NCBI GenBank assembly: GCA_012838235.1
Contig: DUPQ01000074.1
Location: forward strand, 26,709 to 90,708
Origin: Clostridiaceae bacterium
Lineage (GTDB): Bacteria; Bacillota; Clostridia; DUPQ01
Length of the DNA: 64,000 nucleotides
Direction of reading: 5' to 3'
Below, one piece after another: positions 54,986 through 63,860 of the stretch. The notes below the pieces were generated by a model. That model did not search any database. It saw only the letters and a list, made by a program, of their open reading frames with translations, and was not told where the DNA came from. The position numbers and the translations under genes are program-made. Every line of letters starts with the position of its first letter. Position 1 is the first letter of the stretch.

Positions 54986-56469
54986 GGAATAAAATCACAA
55001 AGAAGCTTCTTTTATATTTCCTTATAATCGTACTCGCCAACTCATTGATTTCAAGCGGGATTTTTGTTGTTCTGGGGCAGAAAGTATATATGGATGCCTA
55101 CAAGGAATACCTGGCGAGAAGAGCTGAGGATATTGCTCAGGCGATATCCGACAATATGGATATCTTTGCCTATGCGGCGGAAGAGGAAACGACAACCCCG
55201 GGACGCGGCAAGAAGCAAGGCGGAAAAAACAATCCCAATACGCGTGTTCAACCGAAATATATCGATTGGATGGATCAGGTGCTGGAAGGCAAAGTCTGGT
55301 TAATCTATAAAGAGGATAAGATTTTTCAAAGAGGTAATTCCGATATCGCACTCTCGTATGACGATTTAACCGACTATGAAAAAGCGGCCATAGATAAGGC
55401 ATTTGAAGGTAATACCGTTACATCGGAATCTTTTGACAATATCTTTGATAAAGGGACATTGTCCGCGGTTGCTCCCCTGAAAGATTCCGACGGGTCGATT
55501 TACGGAGCCATATTGATTCATGAAGATATTGCTATTGCAAGAAGATTTATCGATTCGGCTTTCTATGTTCTTATGGTTTCCGGTCTTGTCGGTATCTTTA
55601 TCGTACTTATCATGATTATCATTTTTGTATGTAAGTTTATCCGCCCCATCAATCGTATTGACAGTGCGGCTAAAGTAATGATTGACGGCGATTATCAGGT
55701 CAGAACCGGCGTAAATCAGGATGATGAAATAGGTGACTTGGCAAAAAATATGGATGAATTGGCTGTAAGACTGGAAAGGGGCCGCAAGGAGAGCGAGAAC
55801 ATAGATCGCATGAGAAATGATTTTATCTCCAGTATGTCCCATGAACTTAAGACGCCTGTCACCGTCATGAAAGCTTCACTGGAAGGTTTGGTTTCCGGTA
55901 TTATCCCCGAATCGGAGATAGAGAATTACCATAAAATACTTTATGAGGAAATCGGGGTATTGGACAAGTTGGTAATGGATTTGATGGAACTCAATGCAGT
56001 ACGAAACAAGAGTTTCCCCATGAATTTTAAAGAGGAAGATCTTATTTCCGTTCTGAAAGATGCTGCCAGAAGTCAGAGGGTTTTAGCGGATAAAAAAGGT
56101 GTTGAGATAATATTGAACATTGAAGACTCCTACTATATGTTCAGCTGTGATTACACAAGATTGAGACAGATGTTTATAACGGTTATTAATAACGGAATAA
56201 AGTATTCCGATGCCGATGAGCAGGTGATTATCCGACAGTTTCGTGACCGCAACTTTATTAAAATACAGGTTATCAACAAAGGCAATGCTATAGATTCCAA
56301 GGATAAGGAGCATATATTTGAAGCATTTTACCGGGGTAAGAACACCTCGGAAAAAGGATTCGGTCTGGGATTGGCCATAGCCAAGGAAATTGCCAATCGT
56401 CATGCCATTCATCTCCACGTGTTCAGCGAATCGGAGAGAGAGACTGTTTTTGAATTTGTGCTTCAATAG
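54982..56469 (+). CDS. Sensor histidine kinase (two TM helices, extracellular domain, HAMP, HisKA, HATPase_c)
   Basis: H-box SSMSHELKTPVT, N-box INNGIKYS and G-boxes in ...EKGFGLGLAIAKEI. Confidence 0.9.
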   Translation: MRNKITKKLLLYFLIIVLANSLISSGIFVVLGQKVYMDAYKEYLARRAEDIAQAISDNMDIFAYAAEEETTTPGRGKKQGGKNNPNTRVQPKYIDWMDQVLEGKVWLIYKEDKIFQRGNSDIALSYDDLTDYEKAAIDKAFEGNTVTSESFDNIFDKGTLSAVAPLKDSDGSIYGAILIHEDIAIARRFIDSAFYVLMVSGLVGIFIVLIMIIIFVCKFIRPINRIDSAAKVMIDGDYQVRTGVNQDDEIGDLAKNMDELAVRLERGRKESENIDRMRNDFISSMSHELKTPVTVMKASLEGLVSGIIPESEIENYHKILYEEIGVLDKLVMDLMELNAVRNKSFPMNFKEEDLISVLKDAARSQRVLADKKGVEIILNIEDSYYMFSCDYTRLRQMFITVINNGIKYSDADEQVIIRQFRDRNFIKIQVINKGNAIDSKDKEHIFEAFYRGKNTSEKGFGLGLAIAKEIANRHAIHLHVFSESERETVFEFVLQ

Positions 56470-56496
56470 CAAAGAATAGCAATCATAAAATATTAT

Positions 56497-56524
56497 GTCC
56501 CGAAAACAGCATCGTATTCGGGAC
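56497..56524 (+). terminator. Hairpin after the histidine kinase gene
   Basis: GTCCCGAA-12 nt-TTCGGGAC. The trailing T-tract is weak. Confidence 0.4.
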
Positions 56525-56578
56525 AATTGTAATGTATATGATTATTTTTGCTTTGTAATAATACTTAAAATCGGTGCA

Positions 56579-56666
56579 GGTGCAAATAATTAAGCCGTAA
56601 ACCCTGCAAAAGGTGCAAATAAGTCGTAAAACAACATGTAAATTGGTGCAAGTTATGCTATAATGG
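56579..56666 (+). repeat. 33-bp periodic degenerate tandem repeat (GGTGCAARTWA... three times), plus an extra GGTGCA at 56573
   Basis: GGTGCAA starts at 56579, 56612 and 56645, an exact 33-bp phasing. Units 1 and 2 share GGTGCAAATAA...CGTAAA. Unit 3 overlaps TGc-TATAAT (56656-56664). Confidence 0.75.
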
Positions 56667-56692
56667 CATTATTAAAAGCAAGGAGATTCAAT

Positions 56693-58063
56693 ATGGAACG
56701 CAGCGCTTTACAAGAACTGATCCAGTGGAATGATAACAAGCGAAGAAAGCCCCTTATTCTTTGGGGAGCAAGACAGGTCGGTAAAACCTATCTTATCAGA
56801 GATATGTTTGCAAATACTTATTATAAGGAAAACAATATTTATGTTGACTTTAAAAAAGATGACGAAATTCGGGAATTCTGCTCGCAGACGGCAAATGCGA
56901 AGAAAATAGCGGAATATTTATCTTTGTTGAGAGGAAAGCAAATAGATGAAAATACACTGCTGGTTTTTGACGAGATACAGGAGTGTCCCAATATCATATC
57001 TTCACTTAAATATTTCTGCCAAGACTTAAGTGAAATTCCTGTTATCGCGACAGGTTCTATGGTACGAATAAAAATACAAAGAGAAACAAATAAACGAGGT
57101 TCCGTTAATAACGGAAAGTTTCTTTTTCCTGTCGGAAAGATAAATCAAATGACACTTTATCCTTTGACCTTTGATGAATTTCTCATGAACAGCAATAAAA
57201 TGCTTTACGATGTGGTTTTGAAAGCATATGAAAGTAAGACTCCTCTGGATTCTAACATTCATGAATTAGCTATGGAGCAGGTATATAAATATCTTCTTGT
57301 GGGAGGTATGCCGGAAGCTGTGGCTGCCTATATAGAAACGGACAATTTCCTGACATCAAGAGAAATATTAATGGAATTGTATGACAATTATCTTGCGGAT
57401 ATGCAACTTTATCAAGCCAGTTCGGAAGCTATTTTACGTTCACATGCGTTATTTCAAAACATCTACAAGGAACTGAACAAGGAATCAAAGAATTTTTCTC
57501 CCGGACTTATTGAAAGGAATAGCAAAACAAGGGATTTTGCTACTTCCATTCAGTGGCTCACATTGGCTCATATTGTAAACCAATCATTCCAACTGAAGGA
57601 ACATGTGACTATGCCGCTGATTCCGGATGATTTAAACAGCTTTCGTCTTTATCTTGCCGACATAGGCATGTTTTCATACCAGAGCGGTATTAATGCAGCT
57701 TCATTCATATCAAGCGAAAGAGAAAATACATTATCAGGTATCTTCTTTGAAAACTTTGTGGCAAATGAATTGGTAGCAAAAGGGCATAAACTTTTCTATT
57801 GGCGGGGGAAGGCATCTGCTGAAATAGAATTTATTATTGAGTCAAATAACAGAATATATCCGATTGATGTTAAAAAAGGTAGAGGAGTACTTAATTCTTT
57901 AGAAAAGTTTTCCAATCATAATAAGTTTGAGTGTGCCATAAAGGTTTCCGGGAATAACTATGGTTATAATGCGGAAAAAAAGCTGCTCACAATACCTTTT
58001 TACTTTATCTCATTTTTAGCAAAGGATCTTGCAAAAGGCATATTTAATGCTAACAAATACTGA
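56693..58063 (+). CDS. AAA+ ATPase of the AAA_14/DUF4143 type, divergent paralog B
   Basis: Walker A GARQVGKTYL, Walker B LVFDEIQECP and ATGS. The C-terminal SAEIEFIIESNNRIYPIDVKKG is an E...DxK-like motif. AAGGAG SD precedes the ATG at 56693. Confidence 0.8.
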   Translation: MERSALQELIQWNDNKRRKPLILWGARQVGKTYLIRDMFANTYYKENNIYVDFKKDDEIREFCSQTANAKKIAEYLSLLRGKQIDENTLLVFDEIQECPNIISSLKYFCQDLSEIPVIATGSMVRIKIQRETNKRGSVNNGKFLFPVGKINQMTLYPLTFDEFLMNSNKMLYDVVLKAYESKTPLDSNIHELAMEQVYKYLLVGGMPEAVAAYIETDNFLTSREILMELYDNYLADMQLYQASSEAILRSHALFQNIYKELNKESKNFSPGLIERNSKTRDFATSIQWLTLAHIVNQSFQLKEHVTMPLIPDDLNSFRLYLADIGMFSYQSGINAASFISSERENTLSGIFFENFVANELVAKGHKLFYWRGKASAEIEFIIESNNRIYPIDVKKGRGVLNSLEKFSNHNKFECAIKVSGNNYGYNAEKKLLTIPFYFISFLAKDLAKGIFNANKY

Positions 58064-58127
58064 AAAGTGCACAATGAAAATGCTGAAAAGTGTACAATGA
58101 AACACTTGAAAAGTGCACAATGAAGTG
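58060..58127 (+). repeat. 23-bp tandem direct repeat, 3 copies (core TGAAAAGTGYACAATGAA)
   Basis: Cores at 58061-58078, 58084-58101 and 58107-58124. The first overlaps the stop codon of the upstream ATPase gene. The array abuts TGt-TATTAT (58126-58134). Confidence 0.85.
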
Positions 58128-58151
58128 TTATTATGTTCTCGGAGGGTTGTC

Positions 58152-59432
58152 ATGACTTTAAAAAGAGACGGATATATGCCGAGACTGGTTGATAGTAAAA
58201 TTGAGAAATATTTGAAAATCTTCGGAGCGGTTTCCATAGAAGGTCCCAAATGGTGCGGAAAGACCTGGTCGGGGTTGAATCATGCAAACAGTGTAACTTA
58301 CATGACTGAAAAAAGTCAGAGAGATATGGCAAATATAGATCCGAAATATATTTTCCTTGCTGACAGACCGCAATTAATTGATGAGTGGCAAATTGTTCCC
58401 GGTATATGGGATGCGGTTCGCCATGAATGCGACAGTAGCCGGGATAAAGGAAAATTTATACTCACAGGTTCAACTTCTCTTGATTCAACAACAAGTGATG
58501 AAATATACCATTCCGGAACAGGAAGGATAGCTACGATTCGTATGCATACTATGAGTTTGTACGAATCAAAGGATTCCACCGGCGAAGCCTCTATTAAAGA
58601 TATGTTGCAAGGTCAATTGAACGAGGGTCACACAGGTAAAGTTGAATTGGAAAAACTGGCACATTTGATTATCAGGGGAGGTTGGCCGGAAAATATCGAT
58701 ATGGTAGAAGATGACATAGGTATTATTCCTAAAAGCTACATTGATACCATTGTTACAAAGGATATGCATGAAAGTGATAAAAGAAGAAGAGACTCAAACA
58801 AGATGCGTATGCTTATTCGTTCTTTGTCGAGAAATGAAGCAACACTTGCAAGTAATGCTACATTGGTCAGAGATATTGAGGATTATGAAAATAAAGAGCA
58901 ACTAATTGAGAGTCGGACAACTTTAACAGACTATCTCGGAGTTTTAGACAGGTTATTTCTCACTGCAAACCAGGAGGCCTACAGTCTGAATTATCGTTCT
59001 TCCGCACGGGTCGGAAAAACCGCTAAGAGACATTTAGTTGACCCGTCACTTTGCTGTGCAAGCCTGCAACTTACGAAAGATAAATTGCTTAATGACCACG
59101 AAACATTCGGTCTGATGTTTGAAGCACTTGTAAAGCGGGACTTGAGAATATATGCAGATTATCTTGACGGTTATCTCTATCATTTTCGTGACAACTCGTC
59201 GGGAGATGAGGTGGATGCAATTATAGAGTTCAGTGAAGGTAATTATGCAGCTTTTGAGATAAAATTGAGCGACAGAGGTATTAAGGATGCTATAGAAAGC
59301 CTTTCAAAATTTTATACCAATGTAAAAAGGAAACCCGCATTCATGTGTGTCATTGTCGGACACTGTGAAGCTATAATGAAAGATCGGAAAACGGGCATAT
59401 ATATTGTTCCCATAACTTCACTAAAGCCGTAA
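58152..59432 (+). CDS. AAA+ ATPase of the AAA_14/DUF4143 type, paralog C (close to paralog A)
   Basis: IEGPKWCGKTWS, LIDEWQIVP and ILTGST. C-terminal GDEVDAIIEFSEGNYAAFEIKLS. GGAGGG SD precedes the ATG at 58152. Confidence 0.8.
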   Translation: MTLKRDGYMPRLVDSKIEKYLKIFGAVSIEGPKWCGKTWSGLNHANSVTYMTEKSQRDMANIDPKYIFLADRPQLIDEWQIVPGIWDAVRHECDSSRDKGKFILTGSTSLDSTTSDEIYHSGTGRIATIRMHTMSLYESKDSTGEASIKDMLQGQLNEGHTGKVELEKLAHLIIRGGWPENIDMVEDDIGIIPKSYIDTIVTKDMHESDKRRRDSNKMRMLIRSLSRNEATLASNATLVRDIEDYENKEQLIESRTTLTDYLGVLDRLFLTANQEAYSLNYRSSARVGKTAKRHLVDPSLCCASLQLTKDKLLNDHETFGLMFEALVKRDLRIYADYLDGYLYHFRDNSSGDEVDAIIEFSEGNYAAFEIKLSDRGIKDAIESLSKFYTNVKRKPAFMCVIVGHCEAIMKDRKTGIYIVPITSLKP

Positions 59433-59531
59433 GACTTAAATATGATTTATTTATATTCTCCCTGCAATTCAATATATTAATATGATATAATATCTTTTGT
59501 TGAATAAAAAATATGTTGATGTGATTAACAG

Positions 59532-59864
59532 ATGGGAAAGATGATGGAAAAAACATATTTAGATAAAATCAAAGAAGCGGAAGAGAAGGCGGCGGGTATT
59601 TTCAGAGATGCCGTCAATAAGTCGGAATTGATGCTTGGTGATGCGGAGAAAGAGCACTCGGAGTATGAGAGAAAAAGCATTGAAAAGATTGATGAACAGT
59701 GCAGAAACATGCTCTTGAAGGCCGAGAAGGAAGCAACGGACCTTGTGCAAAAAGCGGACAGGGAATATGCAAAAATGAGTGAAGACTTGAAAACCGAAGC
59801 TCTTTCCAATGTTAAAGAAGCGGTGGATTTTGTTTTGGAAAAGGTGACAAATGGCAGTCGTTAG
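59532..59864 (+). CDS. V/A-type ATPase small peripheral-stalk subunit (G/H-like)
   Basis: 110 aa and highly charged helical (LDKIKEAEEKAAGIFRDA...). It is the first gene of the V-ATPase operon. The exact start is uncertain. Confidence 0.6.
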   Translation: MGKMMEKTYLDKIKEAEEKAAGIFRDAVNKSELMLGDAEKEHSEYERKSIEKIDEQCRNMLLKAEKEATDLVQKADREYAKMSEDLKTEALSNVKEAVDFVLEKVTNGSR

Positions 59865-61821
59865 CATGAAGAAGATTTGCATAACCGGCCTTTTAAAGGA
59901 GAAAAAGCCCATGCTTTCTTTCCTTCAGAAGCGCGGCGTTGTGGACATTCAGGATATGCCGATTGATTCGGAGTATGAGAATGTCTTTACCAAAGGTTAT
60001 GACAAAAATTCCGAAGCCGAAATAGACAGCAAAATGGCTTTGCTGTCAAAAGCCATATCCGTTCTGGAAGAATATGATGAATCCAAAAAACCTTTATTCA
60101 AAGTCAGAAAAGATATAGACAGACAATATTATGAAAGTATAACGCAATACAACGATGAGTTTATCGGACTTGCCGAGAAGGTTATAGAGACTTACAACTC
60201 TATCGGGGATTTCAGAGATGAAATAAACCGGCTGGAAAATGATATACTGACTCTTACGCCGTGGACTGATCTTGATATACCCATCAACATGTCTAAAACC
60301 GATAAAGTCAATATTGTTCTGGGTACAATACCGGAGTTTGTAAAACCCGAGACATATACTCAGGCAATTGATGAAAAGGGATTATTATGTCAGGTTCAGG
60401 AGATAAGCAGGGACAAGAATAATGCTTATGTGGCAACATATATTCATGAATCGGACATGCAACAGCCCATGCATTATCTTAAAAGTATAGACTTTAATAT
60501 ATTGGAATATGATTTTTCCGGTATTCCCGGTCGGTTAATTGAAGAGAATAAACAAACTATATCCCGACTTAAAGTAAACATAGAGAATGCAAAGAGCAGT
60601 TTGAAAGAATATGCTTTGAAGACAGGAGAAGTACAGGCTGTCTATGACCATTTTGCAATAAGCAAAGGATTGTTGACAGTGGACGATTTAATACTTTCCG
60701 GCAAATACAGCTTTATTATCGACGGCTGGATACCGGAGGAGAAAGTCGAAAAGACTGTCGGTGCTCTGGAAAAAGACTTTGTTTGTCATGTATTTGTAAG
60801 AGATCCTCATGATGATGAGGAGTTTCCGGTACTTCTTAAGAACGGATTCTTAGGAGACTCGGTAACGGGAGTTACGGAAATGTTCAGTCTGCCCAATTGC
60901 AGGGAAGCCGATCCTAATACGGTCACGGCAATATTCTTTGCACTGTTCTTCGGGATGATGCTTTCTGATGCCGGTTACGGGCTGGTTATGTCGGTAGTCT
61001 GTGCGGTTATACTGCTCAAATTCAAGCTGGAATACGCCACGGCAAGGTTTATAAAGTTGATGCTTATATCGGGCATAGCAACGATTATTGTGGGAGCCTT
61101 ATACGGTTCCTGGTTCGGTGACCTTATACCCACTATATTATCCGATAAATCCATAAATGTAGCTTTATGGTTTGACCCTATAGCGGACCCCAACAGGCTT
61201 CTTATGTGGTCGCTGATACTGGGAGTTATACATATATACGTGGGTTACGGAATGAAAGGATACAATAACATAAAGAAGAAGAAATATTTAGATGCCGTGC
61301 TGGATGTGTTGCCGTGGTACTTTTTCTTCACAATGGCATGTTTTCTGGTTTCTTCGTACATACCCAGTGTTCCCGAGAATGTATATATGACATTGACACC
61401 TATCGGAAAGAAGCTTTTCCCGTATTCGGCAGCCGTAATATTGCTTACACAGGGACGACATAAAAAGGGTATATTCGGAAAGCTTTTCGGAGGAATTGCG
61501 GCCTTTTACGATTTAATCAACTTCATGGGAGATGTGCTGTCTTATTCCAGACTTTTAGCAATGGGACTGGCAACGGGAGTCATAGGGTCAATCATTAACC
61601 AGTTAGGATCGGCCGGAGGCTTCACAATACCGGGTATTATTACATTCACGCTTGTGTTTGTGGTGGGACACGGGTTCAATTTCGCCATTAACGCTTTGGG
61701 TGCATATGTGCATTCCAGCAGGTTGCAGTATATAGAATTTTTCAACAAGTTCTTTGAAGGCGGCGGAGTAGCTTATTCTCCTCTTTTTGAGGATACAAAA
61801 TATATAAGGATCAGAGAATAA
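59851..61821 (+). CDS. ntpI: V-type ATP synthase subunit I (a-subunit)
   Basis: 656 aa. Soluble N-terminal half (MAVVSMKKICITGL...) and polytopic C-terminal half with the conserved Arg region (YSRLLAMGLATG). Confidence 0.9.
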   Translation: MAVVSMKKICITGLLKEKKPMLSFLQKRGVVDIQDMPIDSEYENVFTKGYDKNSEAEIDSKMALLSKAISVLEEYDESKKPLFKVRKDIDRQYYESITQYNDEFIGLAEKVIETYNSIGDFRDEINRLENDILTLTPWTDLDIPINMSKTDKVNIVLGTIPEFVKPETYTQAIDEKGLLCQVQEISRDKNNAYVATYIHESDMQQPMHYLKSIDFNILEYDFSGIPGRLIEENKQTISRLKVNIENAKSSLKEYALKTGEVQAVYDHFAISKGLLTVDDLILSGKYSFIIDGWIPEEKVEKTVGALEKDFVCHVFVRDPHDDEEFPVLLKNGFLGDSVTGVTEMFSLPNCREADPNTVTAIFFALFFGMMLSDAGYGLVMSVVCAVILLKFKLEYATARFIKLMLISGIATIIVGALYGSWFGDLIPTILSDKSINVALWFDPIADPNRLLMWSLILGVIHIYVGYGMKGYNNIKKKKYLDAVLDVLPWYFFFTMACFLVSSYIPSVPENVYMTLTPIGKKLFPYSAAVILLTQGRHKKGIFGKLFGGIAAFYDLINFMGDVLSYSRLLAMGLATGVIGSIINQLGSAGGFTIPGIITFTLVFVVGHGFNFAINALGAYVHSSRLQYIEFFNKFFEGGGVAYSPLFEDTKYIRIRE

Positions 61822-61839
61822 AAATCGGAGGATTATTTT

Positions 61840-62307
61840 ATGTTTAAGTATGTATTGGAAAACAATTTGGGTGATGTGCTGGCAATTATAGGAGCGGCAT
61901 TATGCTTTTTACTTGCCGGATCGGGTGCCGCCAAAGGAGTCTCCATGGCCGGTAAAGTGGGAAGCGGTGTTATTGCGGAAGATTCCAGCAAATTCGTGCC
62001 GGTAATGATTTTAGAGGCGCTGCCCAGCACGCAGGGAATTTACGGTTTCGTTGTTGCCTTCCTCATAATCGGTAAAGTCGGGGGCTTAAGTCTTGAACAG
62101 GGCTTCAGCTTAATAATTGCCGGTCTGCCTGCAGGCGTTGTCGGCCTTATTTCCGCAATATTCCAGGGACAGGTAGCCGTAGCGAGTATAGGCATCGTTG
62201 CAAAAAGAAGCGCTGATATGGTTAAGGGCGTAGTTCTTACACTTATGGTAGAGCTTTTTGCCATATTCGCACTGCTCATATCCATACTGATGGTAGGTAA
62301 AGTATAA
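61840..62307 (+). CDS. ntpK: V-type ATP synthase subunit K (16-kDa, 4-TM proteolipid)
   Basis: 155 aa. GSGAAKGVSMAG, LPSTQGIYGFVVAFLI, FQGQVAVASIG and LMVELFAIFALLIS. Confidence 0.9.
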   Translation: MFKYVLENNLGDVLAIIGAALCFLLAGSGAAKGVSMAGKVGSGVIAEDSSKFVPVMILEALPSTQGIYGFVVAFLIIGKVGGLSLEQGFSLIIAGLPAGVVGLISAIFQGQVAVASIGIVAKRSADMVKGVVLTLMVELFAIFALLISILMVGKV

Positions 62308-62913
62308 ATGCCGGGAATAGACAGGATATATGACAAGATAATAGCTGACGCCGAAGAACGTGCGGGTTTACGGTTATCCGAAACCTCATCCAAAATACAA
62401 TCAATGAAATCGGTTGTGGATGAGAGAATTGAGGAATATCGGAAGGTTAAAATATCCGAGGCGGAAAAAGAAGCAAAAGGCATTGTATCCCGGGCACAGG
62501 CCAACAGGCGCCTTGAGGGTAAAAAACAGTTGCTTGCGGTTAAGCAGGAAATGGTAACCGAAGTGTTTGAAAAAACACAACAGGCACTGATAAACCTTAG
62601 TAATGCCGAGAAACTGACTTTGTATACAAAGCTTATCAGAAACTGTCTTAAAGAGGGACACAATGAGGTAAGTTTGAACGGTAAAGACAAAAAGGCTTTC
62701 GGTGACAAGCTTATACAGAATACAGGGAGTGCTCTCGGTCATGACATTTCGGTTGCTCTTTCCGGGCAGGATATACCGGATGATTTCGGAGTAATAGTAA
62801 AAAACGGAAAAATATACTCCAACTCCACATTCTCATCAATGCTCAAGTATATGAAGCAGAATATAGAGGCGGATGTTATGAAGATACTTTTTAAAAGAGG
62901 TGTTGAGGTTTGA
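62308..62913 (+). CDS. ntpE: V-type ATP synthase subunit E
   Basis: 201 aa. The charged helical N-terminus (IDRIYDKIIADAEERA...) plus a globular C-terminus fits, as does the operon position. Confidence 0.8.
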   Translation: MPGIDRIYDKIIADAEERAGLRLSETSSKIQSMKSVVDERIEEYRKVKISEAEKEAKGIVSRAQANRRLEGKKQLLAVKQEMVTEVFEKTQQALINLSNAEKLTLYTKLIRNCLKEGHNEVSLNGKDKKAFGDKLIQNTGSALGHDISVALSGQDIPDDFGVIVKNGKIYSNSTFSSMLKYMKQNIEADVMKILFKRGVEV

Positions 62914-63860
62914 GAAATTCCGACAAATATGCACACTCCATAGGAAGAGTGCGCGTAAGAGAAAACTTCATGATGGATGAACAAAAGCTTGCAAGGCTTG
63001 TGGATGCTCCCGACATGAAAGAAGCGGTCAGGATTCTTGCCGAGTGCAGATATGTTGAAGATGAGGATTATATGACTATGTTGTATAACGAACAGAAATC
63101 ACTTTATGCATATATGAGAGAGATTTTGCCCGACACAAAAATATTCGATGCCTTTTTCCTTAAGTTCGACATACATAATTTAAAGGTCTTGCTTAAAGCG
63201 GAATTCTTAAAAAAGCCTTATGACGAGATAGCGCTGGATACCGGTGTGTATAAATATGAGGAACTTAAAGAATGGCTTCATAACAGAGATTTCTCACACC
63301 TTCCGGAAGATATTGCACAAGCGGTACAGCTCAGTATGGAAGAGTTTTTGAAAACCAACGATCCTCAGCTGATTGATCTCATAATGGACAAAGCATACTA
63401 TACATACTTCAACAGAATAATGGAGAAAACATACGACAGGTTTTTGAAGGACTTTACGATAATACAGACCGATCTTATGAACTTAAAGGCGTTTATGAGG
63501 ATTAAAAAAGTATTCCGCAAAGAACAATTCTTAAACTATGCCATCATACCCGGAGGATCGGTAAAGCCGGAAGATTATATGATGCTTTTTGAAGCTGATG
63601 AGGAAAATTTCCGCAAATTTTTAAAGCAAACCCCATATGCTTCGGTGTTTGAAAAAGGTGATATAGAAAAGAACTCCGATGACTATATAATGACATTTCT
63701 GAGAAAGCACAGATATGAGCCGTTGGGAATATCTCCCGTAATAGGATATATGCTGGGCAAGGAAACGGAAATAAAGAATGCAAGAATTACCATGATAGGA
63801 AAAGCAAACAGGATAAGCAGAGAGCGAACCAAAGAAAGGCTGAGGATGTGTTATGTATAA
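62910..63860 (+). CDS. ntpC: V-type ATP synthase subunit C (d-like)
   Basis: 316 aa. YAHSIGRVRVRENFMM N-terminus. TTG start overlaps the ntpE stop. Operon position fits. Confidence 0.75.
   Translation: MRNSDKYAHSIGRVRVRENFMMDEQKLARLVDAPDMKEAVRILAECRYVEDEDYMTMLYNEQKSLYAYMREILPDTKIFDAFFLKFDIHNLKVLLKAEFLKKPYDEIALDTGVYKYEELKEWLHNRDFSHLPEDIAQAVQLSMEEFLKTNDPQLIDLIMDKAYYTYFNRIMEKTYDRFLKDFTIIQTDLMNLKAFMRIKKVFRKEQFLNYAIIPGGSVKPEDYMMLFEADEENFRKFLKQTPYASVFEKGDIEKNSDDYIMTFLRKHRYEPLGISPVIGYMLGKETEIKNARITMIGKANRISRERTKERLRMCYV

Noticed and set aside
50995-58127. Tandem repeats as mini-CRISPR arrays
   Set aside because: There are only 2.5-3 directly abutting copies with no unique spacers. The periods are 23 and 33 bp, there are no cas genes, and each array ends at a promoter -10 element.
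59456-59467. attR-like copy of the tRNA-Trp 3' end at the far side of the island
   Set aside because: The match is only 9/12 (TTCTCCCTGCAA versus TCTTCCCTGCCA) and there is no integrase in the island. That is compatible with chance, so I kept it only as a weak note in the island finding.
50896-59470. Prophage or ICE
   Set aside because: There are no integrase, recombinase, capsid, terminase, relaxase or type IV secretion genes. At most this is a decayed or variable island.
62040-62708. 222-aa minus-strand ORF in the V-ATPase operon, and similar long antisense ORFs (e.g. 33300-33848 +, 39115-39723 -, 47997-48497 -, 2228-2614 +, 28284-28757 -)
   Set aside because: All lie antisense to, or out of frame with, genes that have strong family motifs. 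They lack an SD and have low-complexity, Ser/Leu/Ile-rich composition typical of shadow ORFs.
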